A stretch of DNA of 64,000 bases from Monocercomonoides exilis PA203 (lineage: Eukaryota; Protista; Preaxostyla): the NCBI GenBank assembly GCA_001643675.2, contig LSRY02000015.1:1674001-1738000 (forward strand). Reading direction: 5' to 3'. The notes below the pieces were generated by a model that saw only the letters and a list, made by a program, of their open reading frames with translations, was not told where the DNA came from and made no database searches. Made by a program: the position numbers and the translations under genes. Below, piece after piece: positions 26,873-37,961 of the stretch. Numbering within the stretch: the stretch's first letter is position 1; every line of letters starts with the position of its first letter.

Positions 26873-27137
26873 AATATGGGTGATTATTTTTGAAATCATA
26901 ACTTTTTTCGGAGTGTTCATTTTTTAAGGTTGTTTTCGATTGTGAAGGATTTTTGTCTTTAATCTGTGTTTTTATCACAACTGAATTAAAAATAAATGTT
27001 TTTGCTCAAATAATGATGTTGATGTCTTCGATAAAACTTTTCTTTTTTTTGTGCTCTTTCGTTGATCTTTGAGTGAAATTTTTAGAACCGAAAATTCTGA
27101 AAGAAAAAATATGATTTCAAAAATAATCACCCATATT
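26873..27137. mobile_element. MITE family A copy 1 (255 bp GGG...CCC; 28-bp perfect terminal inverted repeat including flanks)
   Basis: aatatgggtgattatttttgaaatcata (26873-26900) and tatgatttcaaaaataatcacccatatt (27110-27137). Homologous copy at 53064-53327. Confidence 0.85.
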
Positions 27138-27736
27138 TTCATCAAATTTATTTTTTAACTTACTAAACATCAAAAGAATAATAATTATAATGTTGATTTG
27201 CTTTTGTTTTCATGACAATATTATTATTGTGAATTGGATTAACAATTCGATGAAAATATTCAATTTTCATTTTCTCATGACAAAAATAACAAAAGAAACT
27301 TTTCAAGAAATAATAAAATTATCTGTTTTTCTTGAGAAAGATGAACTGTTGCTTTTGTCGAAAAAATGAAAATTATATAAACAAAAACAGCATTTTATTG
27401 TTACAATATAGAGAATAAAAATCTTTCATTTCCACGGAAATGGGAAATGAATTCGTTTCAGTATTTCAACTTTCACATAAAATTGATTCATTTTGAAATG
27501 GCAATTCTCAATCTGTTGAAAACATTTTGGTTCCCATTGCATGTTATTCGAATGATATTCATGAATAACTGTTTTTGATTAACAACTAAATGATGAAATT
27601 TGTTCAAAGCAAATTGAAAGTTAATAATGAAGAATTATTTCCAAAGACTCAAAAATGCAGAAATCATTGCTTATGTATTGATTGATTATTTTGTATTCCT
27701 CTGTTGCACGGCTAGTTGAAAAAATCGCTTGCCTTT

Positions 27737-27737
<1 letters not shown>

Positions 27738-27793
<56 letters not shown>
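27738..27793. repeat. Poly(A) tract, about 56 nt
   Basis: Directly visible homopolymer. Confidence 0.95.
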
Positions 27794-27795
<2 letters not shown>

Positions 27796-28272
27796 TCTCT
27801 TTTTTTGTTAAACACAACCATTATTTGTTGTTTAATTAATAAACATTGGTATATGAAGGAAGAAAAAGTTTTTTTTTTTCAACACATCCTTGCTCAGATT
27901 TTTTCCCTATATATATATATATATTTATAAATTACAAAAACATTAATATAAAAGGATTCCTCATCTGTTTCTCTGAATTCCAGAGAAAGTTCAAAATGAA
28001 AAACTGATTGAACTCAAATGCTTTGCTTCGACAACTCAAGCCCAAATTTGTTCTCAGAATCGAGAAAACGAATAATATTTGAACGCTTCCCAAAACAAAA
28101 TTATTTTGAATGGAAAGATAATGCATCATAAATTTTCAATTTGATATAAATGCAATTATAATTTAGGCTTCTTCATTGATTATTCTTTTTAAGCATTTGA
28201 AGCCTTATTCGTAACTTTAATATTATCGGTTGACATTTTTTCACAATTTGTTTTTTGCATTGTGATATTATT

Positions 28273-31200
28273 CTATTCACGAACAGCGAGAGAACTGCTC
28301 CTCTCAAAGCTGCATCCTTTGTCATCAACATAGTACTGCAAATCAATTGCATCTGACATCGTTAACTGAACTGCGCCAGCTGGAGCATGACTTATGAAAA
28401 TTCGTTTTATTTCAATTAGAGTTGGGCGTGTATTTGCTTGGGTTGCTAGGCTCCTCTTTATTAACTGCAAATATGTTGTTTCAATGGAAAATAAATTTGG
28501 TCTCTCTCCATTGATAATCTTCTGTCCAGCTGTTTCAGCCTCATAGTCTCCAAATGGGATTTGAAGAGTCAAGCACTCCCACAGCATCATCCCAATCGAA
28601 AAGGCAACTGATTCCTTTGTTGCTCCCATTTTCTTATTGATCTGCAGCTCTGGCGACTTCCACCTCAAGCACTCTTTTTTGAAATCATCTTCATCCTCAA
28701 AGGCTGAAGAAGGAAGAGAGTCACTTTCGTCATCACTTGCAGAAGTCACAACAGTTGACGAAGAGATAGAGGATGAATCTGAGTCATCATCAGACAAGAA
28801 GTCTGAGTGCATCACAATGCAAATCACCATATGCTCTGAGAAGAGAACAATGTGCGGACTTAGATTGGCAAGAGATTGAAGTGGGTTGTCCATTTCATCA
28901 AATGAATGAAGCGCAAGATTAGCCACCCAGAACAGGATTTGGACAGCTGTATATTCTCTCTCCTGAAAGGTGCCAATCGCCATCTCTTTTTTCTCATTCC
29001 TCCCATGCAATAACATGAACAACGAATCCCTCAGATCAACAATCAACTTCTCATGAGGGGATGAACAGGCCATCGCATCCACTAGATTCGACATCGATGA
29101 GGTGGTTGGACACAGATCTTCTCCTCGAACAAATGTTGAATCTGAATCAGTTGAACATGTCGAAGATATTGATGGTGATGGAGTTCTCTTCCTTATCTCT
29201 TCTTCATCAACCTTCTCAAGAACCCAATCAGGAATCTTGTCTGAATCTCTTCCCAGAATATTTTCTGTTGATCCGCTTTCAGAAAGAAGATGCTCCGATG
29301 ACTCAGAGTGTCCTAAGCTTTTCGCATACACTCTTTTCTTCATCCTTTCTTCATTCTTCTTCTCTGTCTCTCTTTCTGCTCTTCGCCACTGCTCTTCAGG
29401 CGATATCTCCATCGTCACCATCTCCATCAGTTTCGGATCCTTCTTCACAGTGTCATTCACTATCTCTTCCAATTCTTCTGTTCTTCTCTTTTGCTTTCTC
29501 CATCGTACAATGAATATTATTGAAACAGTGAGAACAATCAAAAGAATAACAACAAGCGCAATAACAATCAACAACCAATACGATTTTCCTTCTTTTCCTC
29601 GTTCAACTGCTTTATCACTTTCTGGTTTTGATTCTGTTTTATTCTTCAGTATCTGTGGAGAAGTTGCAGCCAATTGTTTTCCAAACAGAATCATCACTGA
29701 TACCTCTGTTTCATCTGCAACCTTTGAAATATTTTCTGATGGGATTATTCCAATCACTTCAGTTTCTGATACAAAACCATCTTTCTCAAACTGATGAATC
29801 TCAGCCAACTCCACATCTCCTGTTTTATACACAAGTCTGAATGACAAGTCACAAGGCACAAAAAGTGATCCCTCGAATTTCACAACAACATCTCTGTCAT
29901 TTTCACTGATTGATACCTCTTCCAATTTGGAAATGAAGAAAGGAGATGACCTTTCTGCTGTCATTCCTCCAAGAGTGCATCCATCATCCAGGATCCAAAG
30001 AGATAAATTGGGAAACACTCCATCTCCCCCTTTCAAACTGGAAATGGTCAATGAGGCAGACTCCGAACAAATGATGTTTCGACGAAGAGAGGGATATTTT
30101 TCAATGAATGGATTGTTGTTCAAAAACTCTCCTTTCTCGATTGTCACATTGCCAGCAGACACTGACAATCCACCCGATGAAGCATTCGAAATTGTCACAT
30201 ATTTCATCATTATTGTTGAGTTTGTTGAATGAACAAGAGACCCACTCCATTGACAGATATCTGTGATTGCATTCATATTTTCAGTTTTGCTTTCTTTCAT
30301 AAGCACTCCAACAAATCTGCACAAATCCATCGAAACGTTCGTTGCATTGCTCAATTTCATAACACTCCCTTTGCCAGACATGGAACAACAGTTTGAGCAA
30401 GAGCAATTAGAAAGAGATATTTGAGCAGAAGTTGAAAAAGCAGTGAGAACAGAAGTGCCTTCTGAATTTCTTGAACAGTTGTTGAATGAGGAGCTTCCAA
30501 TGGAAATTGTTCCTGAAGTTGAATCATTTATTGAAAAGATGCAGCCATCAGACAGTTTCACTCCATCTGCATCAATTCCATTGAATACAACTTTTTTGCA
30601 TCGATCGATGACAAACACATTTCTCATCGCTTCAAAATTATCCATTTTCACATTTGTCATTGATATCTCATCTCCTTTTAGCAGAAACGAAGGCTTCTTG
30701 AACGAAAGCATCAATATTAAGCAGTTATCAACATGAAGAATACCAATTACAATTGTCAACAATGTTGAATTAATAAAAACAATAGGTTGATTGTTGCTTA
30801 ACCCTCCAGCAGAAGAGAAATTAACAAATAAAAGAGAAAGCTGTCCACTTGCTTCATGAATGACTGAACTTCCAGAATAAGAAAACGACTGGCCAAAGTT
30901 GAATTTCAATCTCTCAAACCGAACTTTCTCTGATGTTGTGATAAGACCGCCCTCATTGATATTAATTGTTGAGTTCAGATGCACCAAAGCAGTTGATGGA
31001 GATTGCAATGAGCGGATGATCACATCATGCACATCACATTCCCCATTGATGATAGTTTCCTCTGAAATCAACAGCTGAGAATACGATGAAGGAATGATAT
31101 GCTGAACTCCAATATCCAATGAGTGGCATGGTGCACTCAACTCTCCACATTGCTTGCTGTCCGCGTGATTATCCGCAACAGAAGACACAAATATCGTCTC

Positions 31201-34200
31201 ACTCTGATATTTCACAACTCTCAACAGAAGATCCTCTTCCCCAACAAACGAGTCTGTTGTGGCACCCCATATTGCAAGATCCTTCACAAACGGTGTTCTG
31301 AAATCCAAAAGAAATTGTTCTTCAACTATTTGCGCATCGATTGAATAGCATTTCACATACACATCTCTTCCTCTGAATGCAGAGTTATCTTTGAATGTGA
31401 TATTCAACAACAAAAACTTCAGAGGATGCTCAGCTGTCGAGGTGCATTCCAGAAACAGCCACCCGCCTCTTCCAGTGCTCGAGCAGAAACATTCAGAAAT
31501 CGTGCAAAATGAACAGTCAAACTTTCCTCCCTCATTCAACACAGAAAACATCCCTCCTCCCTTTCCACACTTCGTTCCTCCACACTTCTTCATCGTTGTG
31601 TTTCTTGTCACAATTTTCAATGGCTCATCTTCAATTTCGTTCCAAATGATAGGAATATCATTGGTTGCATTCTGAGTGACTTCTTCAAACAAACTCCACT
31701 CAATGACAATATCTTGTTCCTCTTCATTTGTCTCTCTTCTTGAACTCTTTGAAATACTCAATCCGCTTGCTCCTTCCAGCTCAACATTTTTCATTGTCAG
31801 GTTTTTCACATTCAATATCGTTGTTGACAGCACAGAAATAACATCATGCGAAAAACAAAGTGACTGAATCGTCACCAATTCCAATTGAACAGTTCCTCCA
31901 TCTGCTTTGATCAACCCAATGCTAATTATTTCTTCTCCGCTTTCTTCCATTTTTGTGAAGGAGCAGTACTTCACAGTCAATAATCCCTCACTTGAGTCAA
32001 CATGAATGAAAAAATTGACTCTTCCTGTGAATGAAGATGGAACAATAAAGTCAATCAGCTCGAGATTTGAAATTCCAGAAATCTTCATTGCTGCATCCTC
32101 TGCTACTTCAAGTGATGAGAGACACTCCAAAACACACTGATTGTTATCATCTGATTTTATTGAAATTCCACTCGCATCAACACATTTTTTAAGAATCGCT
32201 TTTTCAATGATGTTAATATTCTTTTCATTTCCCTCAGGCAATCGATCCATTGAATAATCAATTGAAAGGCAAGGATAATCCGAGAATCCACAAGTGCAAA
32301 CATCTTTCCCATTGCCCCCAATAAATATCTCTGAGCCAATTGCGAACCAGAAATACACCAATGGAATGGCATTCAATGTATCATTCCCATCAAACCCTCT
32401 CATCGAATCCAATGAAATATCTGCCAGATGTTCTGACACAAATGGAAGAGAAGTGTTTGTGATGCTCTTCGTCAAGTTGGATGATTCAACAAACAGGTCA
32501 TTTCCATATTTTGCAACATTTGGTTTTTCTGAATCAAAAACAGGAGATGAGATCACAAATAAAGAATCATCATCAATCAGCTTCAGTGCCATCCCTCCCC
32601 CAAAGCCAGTCTTTTCTTCTTCTGCTGGTGCCGTGCATCCTATGAATGTGCATGAAATAATATTCAATTGAGTATTCCGTTTCATCTGCACATTGAGAGC
32701 ACCTCCTCTGCTTTCATCAGCCAGCACTGAGCATTCATCAAAATCACATTTTTCAATATTTATTTCTGTGTTCGTATTTTCATCATCGCTATTATCAAAG
32801 CTTATGCAGCCTCCATTTCCAGTTGTTCTTTCTATTTCTGTGAAATTAGAGTTCGTCATGTTCAACCACAGAGTGCTCATTAACTCAGCCTTTATTCCAC
32901 TTCCAGACAACGAGATCAATGAATTTCTTCTCAAATCAATCGATGAAGCGGAGAATTTGTCGATTGTCAAAATTCCCGATTCAACAGACAAGAACAGAAA
33001 TGTCAATTCAGATAAAGGATCTTGAAGGGAAATGGAGCAATGAGACAAAGTCAGTTGTGAAAAAGATGATATGAAAGTGGAGTGTGATGAAAGAGATGGA
33101 GGAAGAGAGAAGATGAGTTTTGATAATTCTGTTTCAATTCTTGTTGTTATCATCGCTGAATTGGATGTTTCACTTGAATCGGAGACTGACCAGCCACTTT
33201 GATCATCATTTCCTCTGATTTCGTGTTTCTGCCCTTCAAATGTCAATTCATCACTCATCAAAATCATTCCATTCACATTCACTTTCTTTGTTCCTGTTTG
33301 TCTTGTGAGTGAATGTTTCATTGTTAAACAAGGGAATTGGACAATTCCACAGCGCGAATGATTGGATGCCTCAATATTGCTCACAAAGATTTCTTCTGGT
33401 GTGGGAAGGAGATAGATGCACAGAGGAATGGCCACACTGTTGTTTCCGTTGTCATATCCCCTCACTCTGTCAACAGAATTCAAAGAGGCTGTAACACATG
33501 TAATATTTTGTGACTTTGCAGTCACTTCCAGATTTGGTGAAATGACAAAAATATCTCTTCCCCATTTGGCTGTGTTTGTTCCGAATGAAGAGGATATCAG
33601 GAAATTTGGATTCTCATTCAATAATCGAAGAAGGATTCCTCCTCCAAGACCATCTGTTACCGAGCAATAGCATTCATCAAAAGATCCACCATTCACTTTC
33701 ACTTCATTCTCATTCCCGACAAATAGCTTCATTGATCCTCCATTCTCTGATTCTGTGCTTCCACATCCTGAAAATGAACAAGAATTCAAATTAGCATTGA
33801 CCTTGTCGTTGGAAAATGAGATGACAGCAGATCCACTCGTTGTTCTCTCAATTCCACTAAACGTGCATTCGGAAAGTGTCAATGAAATTTCATTTGTTGA
33901 AGAAAGCGAAAACAACGAAGTTGTGGAGATAGTCTTTTCCCAGTTCACGTTTTCCATCTGAAACATTCCACTCTGAACATTGATCAGCTCTGTGGTGAAT
34001 GCTGTTTGTGCGGAGTGTCCGCTTCCAGCAGATATGTTCAGTCCACTTATATGCATCTCTCCTGTTTCAGTAATCTCAAACAGCCTTGAACCACGATTAT
34101 TTGTATGTACCGAATCATGCACAAGAACAAAATCCCTTGCAGTCAATGTGCCTGTTGAGACTGAAAAAAGAGACAACCCAGATGCTTCAAATTCTGTTTG

Positions 34201-36000
34201 GATTGTTGAGCTTAAATCGCTTTGGCCATATATTGTGAAAGTGTTGGAACTGCAGTCCACACTCCTGGTCTCTTTTATTGTTCCTAAAAAGACTTCGACT
34301 TTGGGAACTAAGCCTGGAATGAGTTGTGTGACGCAACGGCTGATCGTGCAACATGGATGACTTTCATCCAGTCCACAGGCAAATGTGTCTTTGGCATTGG
34401 GTTCTGTTGTGGTTGAAGAAACAAATCTGATCACTCCGAAATCGTTTCGAAGCCAATCGCTACGATCAGCAAGTGAACTGTAACTTGAACTAACTCTGTT
34501 TGTTGATTGCCTTGTAGAATAGCAACTTGGATCAATATTATTAGATGTTGAATCATGAAGAGCAATATCATGCCCACCTATAATGCATGTGTTATTGTGG
34601 AAAAAACAATAAAAAAATAAAATTCCGTTGTTATTTGTATTTAGCAACAAGCAAACTGCTCCTCCAAAAAGTGAATAGCAATGATAAAATAAACAATTTG
34701 AGAAAATAATTTGAATTGCACCGTCCCAATGAAAAATTGCTCCTCCGCAAGAAGTTGAAGAATTTGGCGCTTGACAAAATTTGAAGAATGAGTTAATAAC
34801 GCATTTTTTTTGTTTTTGAGTAGTTTCATTTAAAATACTTATTCCTCCTCCATCATTGGCAGCAGAACAATTATTAAAATAGCAATCATCAACCATCGGT
34901 TGAATATATATTGTTTCAAACTGAATCCCTCCTCCACCCCAATCTGTAGTACCATATGTAACACATTGATCAAATGTTGAATGAAGCACAATGCATTCAG
35001 CGATTTTCAAAGCATATATTCCTCCGCCTCTTGAAGAGGAAGCATTGCATCTAGTGAAAGAACAATTTTCAACAGTCAAAATTGCATTTTCATTGTCATG
35101 AACATAAAGAGCACCCCCTTGTGGTGCTGTGCAATCAGTCCATTCACACAATGAAAAGGATTGACTATCTGTCAAATTCATTTGTCCTTTTTTCTGAAGA
35201 GCATTCATTTCTCTTTTCCCGAAGCTTACAGTTGTGTTTCTGCAGATGAATTCATGTGAAGAATGCGATCCACTCGAGATTCCTCCTTCAAACGCATTTA
35301 CACACGAATAAATGAGGCAATTCTCCATCGAACTTCGAAAACATGAATGCTCCATGTAATAATCACTTTTCTTGCAAGATTTCACAGACATGTTCCTGAA
35401 GGAACAGTCATTGATCTGTTCGCTGTGGCTCTTCCCTGAAACAAGAAAATTGTCTGAAGAAGAAACAGCCAGATCCGATATGATGGAATTTCTCAAAATG
35501 GCAATATTTGAATTATCAGATGAAAAAACAAGACTGGAAGGGTTGACATTCATTTGGGGGATCAAAGTCATGTTTGCGAGGCAGATTGACCCACTTTGCA
35601 AATGAAATGGTGATTCCGACTTTTGGAAGGAAATGCAGGAATCCAACGCCACATTCGATTTATCTGTTATTAGAATAAATGGTGTGGAAGAATATTCAAC
35701 TGCCACATTTTTCAGTCCAACTGAAGAATTGGAAAAGCGAAAAAATGAATAAATCGCTGTGCATGTTCCTGCCTTCCATCTTTTCATTCCTAATGCTTTT
35801 CTCTGTTCTGAAAAATAATTATTATTGCCATTTGCGAAAAATTGTGTATCAATTGAGTTGACTTGACCAATATATAAACAGTAATTTAAAGTAATTCTAT
35901 TTGTTAAAATACCTGGGTTTTTAAATATGGCTGTTCCATAAATGACTTGATACTTAAATGTCTCTGCTAATATCAGGCATGCTAAAAGGAGCAAATGCAT
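28273..36000 (-). CDS. Full-length receptor-like type-I membrane protein (2575 aa): signal peptide, GGA(I/L/V)-type beta-helix region, four tandem Cys-motif ectodomain units, TM, tyrosine-kinase-like pseudokinase C-lobe
   Basis: N-terminal MHLLLLACLILA. GGALYV/GGGIY/GGAIF/GGAVC repeats. Units begin DTFACG..HPCCTI, NHSRCG..FPCLTM, DVCTCG..YPCLSI, DSKQCG..APCHSL. TM YWLLIVIALVVILLIVLTVSIIFIV-RWRK. LRWKSPEL, FSIGMMLWECLTLQIPF. Confidence 0.92.
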   Translation of the reverse strand: MHLLLLACLILAETFKYQVIYGTAIFKNPGILTNRITLNYCLYIGQVNSIDTQFFANGNNNYFSEQRKALGMKRWKAGTCTAIYSFFRFSNSSVGLKNVAVEYSSTPFILITDKSNVALDSCISFQKSESPFHLQSGSICLANMTLIPQMNVNPSSLVFSSDNSNIAILRNSIISDLAVSSSDNFLVSGKSHSEQINDCSFRNMSVKSCKKSDYYMEHSCFRSSMENCLIYSCVNAFEGGISSGSHSSHEFICRNTTVSFGKREMNALQKKGQMNLTDSQSFSLCEWTDCTAPQGGALYVHDNENAILTVENCSFTRCNASSSRGGGIYALKIAECIVLHSTFDQCVTYGTTDWGGGGIQFETIYIQPMVDDCYFNNCSAANDGGGISILNETTQKQKKCVINSFFKFCQAPNSSTSCGGAIFHWDGAIQIIFSNCLFYHCYSLFGGAVCLLLNTNNNGILFFYCFFHNNTCIIGGHDIALHDSTSNNIDPSCYSTRQSTNRVSSSYSSLADRSDWLRNDFGVIRFVSSTTTEPNAKDTFACGLDESHPCCTISRCVTQLIPGLVPKVEVFLGTIKETRSVDCSSNTFTIYGQSDLSSTIQTEFEASGLSLFSVSTGTLTARDFVLVHDSVHTNNRGSRLFEITETGEMHISGLNISAGSGHSAQTAFTTELINVQSGMFQMENVNWEKTISTTSLFSLSSTNEISLTLSECTFSGIERTTSGSAVISFSNDKVNANLNSCSFSGCGSTESENGGSMKLFVGNENEVKVNGGSFDECYCSVTDGLGGGILLRLLNENPNFLISSSFGTNTAKWGRDIFVISPNLEVTAKSQNITCVTASLNSVDRVRGYDNGNNSVAIPLCIYLLPTPEEIFVSNIEASNHSRCGIVQFPCLTMKHSLTRQTGTKKVNVNGMILMSDELTFEGQKHEIRGNDDQSGWSVSDSSETSNSAMITTRIETELSKLIFSLPPSLSSHSTFISSFSQLTLSHCSISLQDPLSELTFLFLSVESGILTIDKFSASSIDLRRNSLISLSGSGIKAELMSTLWLNMTNSNFTEIERTTGNGGCISFDNSDDENTNTEINIEKCDFDECSVLADESRGGALNVQMKRNTQLNIISCTFIGCTAPAEEEKTGFGGGMALKLIDDDSLFVISSPVFDSEKPNVAKYGNDLFVESSNLTKSITNTSLPFVSEHLADISLDSMRGFDGNDTLNAIPLVYFWFAIGSEIFIGGNGKDVCTCGFSDYPCLSIDYSMDRLPEGNEKNINIIEKAILKKCVDASGISIKSDDNNQCVLECLSSLEVAEDAAMKISGISNLELIDFIVPSSFTGRVNFFIHVDSSEGLLTVKYCSFTKMEESGEEIISIGLIKADGGTVQLELVTIQSLCFSHDVISVLSTTILNVKNLTMKNVELEGASGLSISKSSRRETNEEEQDIVIEWSLFEEVTQNATNDIPIIWNEIEDEPLKIVTRNTTMKKCGGTKCGKGGGMFSVLNEGGKFDCSFCTISECFCSSTGRGGWLFLECTSTAEHPLKFLLLNITFKDNSAFRGRDVYVKCYSIDAQIVEEQFLLDFRTPFVKDLAIWGATTDSFVGEEDLLLRVVKYQSETIFVSSVADNHADSKQCGELSAPCHSLDIGVQHIIPSSYSQLLISEETIINGECDVHDVIIRSLQSPSTALVHLNSTININEGGLITTSEKVRFERLKFNFGQSFSYSGSSVIHEASGQLSLLFVNFSSAGGLSNNQPIVFINSTLLTIVIGILHVDNCLILMLSFKKPSFLLKGDEISMTNVKMDNFEAMRNVFVIDRCKKVVFNGIDADGVKLSDGCIFSINDSTSGTISIGSSSFNNCSRNSEGTSVLTAFSTSAQISLSNCSCSNCCSMSGKGSVMKLSNATNVSMDLCRFVGVLMKESKTENMNAITDICQWSGSLVHSTNSTIMMKYVTISNASSGGLSVSAGNVTIEKGEFLNNNPFIEKYPSLRRNIICSESASLTISSLKGGDGVFPNLSLWILDDGCTLGGMTAERSSPFFISKLEEVSISENDRDVVVKFEGSLFVPCDLSFRLVYKTGDVELAEIHQFEKDGFVSETEVIGIIPSENISKVADETEVSVMILFGKQLAATSPQILKNKTESKPESDKAVERGKEGKSYWLLIVIALVVILLIVLTVSIIFIVRWRKQKRRTEELEEIVNDTVKKDPKLMEMVTMEISPEEQWRRAERETEKKNEERMKKRVYAKSLGHSESSEHLLSESGSTENILGRDSDKIPDWVLEKVDEEEIRKRTPSPSISSTCSTDSDSTFVRGEDLCPTTSSMSNLVDAMACSSPHEKLIVDLRDSLFMLLHGRNEKKEMAIGTFQEREYTAVQILFWVANLALHSFDEMDNPLQSLANLSPHIVLFSEHMVICIVMHSDFLSDDDSDSSSISSSTVVTSASDDESDSLPSSAFEDEDDFKKECLRWKSPELQINKKMGATKESVAFSIGMMLWECLTLQIPFGDYEAETAGQKIINGERPNLFSIETTYLQLIKRSLATQANTRPTLIEIKRIFISHAPAGAVQLTMSDAIDLQYYVDDKGCSFERSSSLAVRE

Positions 36001-36638
36001 GCTTATCGAGAATAAAAATCAGTTTTGATTTGAAAAATAAAATATAATACAAACGATCAATTTTCATTTTCTTCTCACATTAATGATAATTGGAATGATT
36101 CAATTGAAATACTCGCAATAAAATTTGAAATACATTGTAGATGATGCAATGTCAAAATCATCCTATTTTACGATTGACCAGCTGAAAACTGTTAATGTCG
36201 AAAAAAATATTTTTCAGTAAATCATAATTACTTTTTGAATGGTGAAAATTGTTTGTAAAATGCAATGCTGTACTTGTTTGATGAATTTATTGATGTTATT
36301 TCAACAGTTATTTGGAATTGATGTTTATCAAAAATTGTTTAAAAAGATCCATTGGAACTGGAAAAGACAGTTTTCAAACCAATATTTGCAGCTTTCTTGA
36401 TTGTTATTCGTCAAACATTTTTGTTCTGGTATCAATTTGGAAGGAATAATGACTGATGAACCATTGTTTTGTTTTCAGATAACTTTTTCTTCTCGACTTC
36501 TGTTGAACATGCAGTCAATTATCTCTAGGAATCCAATGAAAATGTATTCTGTTGAGAAAAAAATTTTTTATTTTGATGTGTCAAATTATTTTTGAAGAGT
36601 TTCTTTTATTTTATTTTCAAATAAAAAAGAATTTCAAA

Positions 36639-36950
36639 TATAGTTTGTGTTAATAATGGTGGACACTTTCAATAACTGTGGACAGTGGTATTATTTCAAC
36701 TACCGTTGATAGTTGAATTTTGACAATAAATCCAATTATTCCCTCATTGAATATGAACTTCTGAGACATGCAGTAATGTTACAACTTGCTTCCAGGAATA
36801 AAGAATGATTCATTTTTGAATGACTGATAAGTTTGTATTCAATGAAGGAACAGTTGGGCTTATTATCGAAATGAAACTTTCAATGGTTGGAGAGATAACG
36901 CGACTGTCCACAGCAATTGAAAGTGTTCACCATTATTAACACTAACTATA
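36639..36950. mobile_element. MITE family B: about 312 bp with about 122-bp imperfect TIRs and TA at both ends (Tc1/mariner-like)
   Basis: tatagtttgtgttaataatggtggacactttcaataactgtggacagt... (36639-36760) is the imperfect reverse complement of ...actgtccacagcaattgaaagtgttcaccattattaacactaactata (36829-36950). Confidence 0.8.
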
Positions 36951-37961
36951 TTGCTTTCATATGGCTTTTTTCAAATCTCATTTCAATGCTTGAATTGAGT
37001 TATTTTCAACCCAAACAATTGCAAATAACTCAAATATGGAAAATTGAAAAATATAAAAATGTCCTTTTAATGTAATTTAGTTTATTTATCAAAAAAATTA
37101 TTAAAAATGTTATAAGAGGACAGTTGTTTTTCAGAACGAAAACCCTTAAAAAGAAAAATATTTGAAAAACATTGGGTCAACACCAAAGAGTGTTGATGAA
37201 AGTTAACTCGAAAACATTTAGCCTTTTCATAAAGCTTATTTTTAATTTTTAAGGAACCCTTAAAGTGGCCTTATGCCAATTATTGGAATTAAATGATGAA
37301 TAAACAAGCAAAAAATGTTCATTGTTATTTCCTTCTCCTCTGAATAATTTTGAAATTCAAGAATTAATTGCATTATTATTTATAATGTTTTTCAAATTTT
37401 CATTAATATTATTTTGTTAGCTTATTGTGAAAAAGTTCTGCTTAAAGCATGCGTAGTGGATTTTATGAATGAGAACCGTCAGAAATAGAAAAGCAATAGC
37501 TTTACGTTTTTAGTAATTCTTTCGCTTTTATTTCCCAGTCAAACAGTTTTTTTCTTTGCAAAGTTAAAAATAAGTGAATAAAAAATCTCTTTTAACGAGT
37601 TGATGCAATTTTTTCTGAATTACTAAATTTTTCAAATGAAAAAGCTGAATGTAGACCTAAACTAAATATCAATGCAAAAAACTTATAAAAGGTTCATAAA
37701 TTATAATAAAAATAATTGAAAAATATTACGAAACGAAAGCAACTTAATTTTATTGAACAAAAAGTACTTTTTCTATTACTCATTCATTTTTTTTTAAAAA
37801 AAATATTTAATACTTATTATTTCTTCTCAATATACCTCGAATAATAATCCATTAAGTGCTTCATGTAATATTCAACAATTGGCTTACCGTTAAATCATCT
37901 CTTTCCCCGAAAATATAAAAATAAATTAAAAAAAGAAATTCATTCAATAATTTCTGCTCAT

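Noticed and set aside
27621-27930. Poly-K/poly-F ORFs, and a possible retroposon poly(A) tail
   Set aside because: The ORFs are artefacts of the A56 run. No adjacent SINE/LINE body or TSD could be identified.
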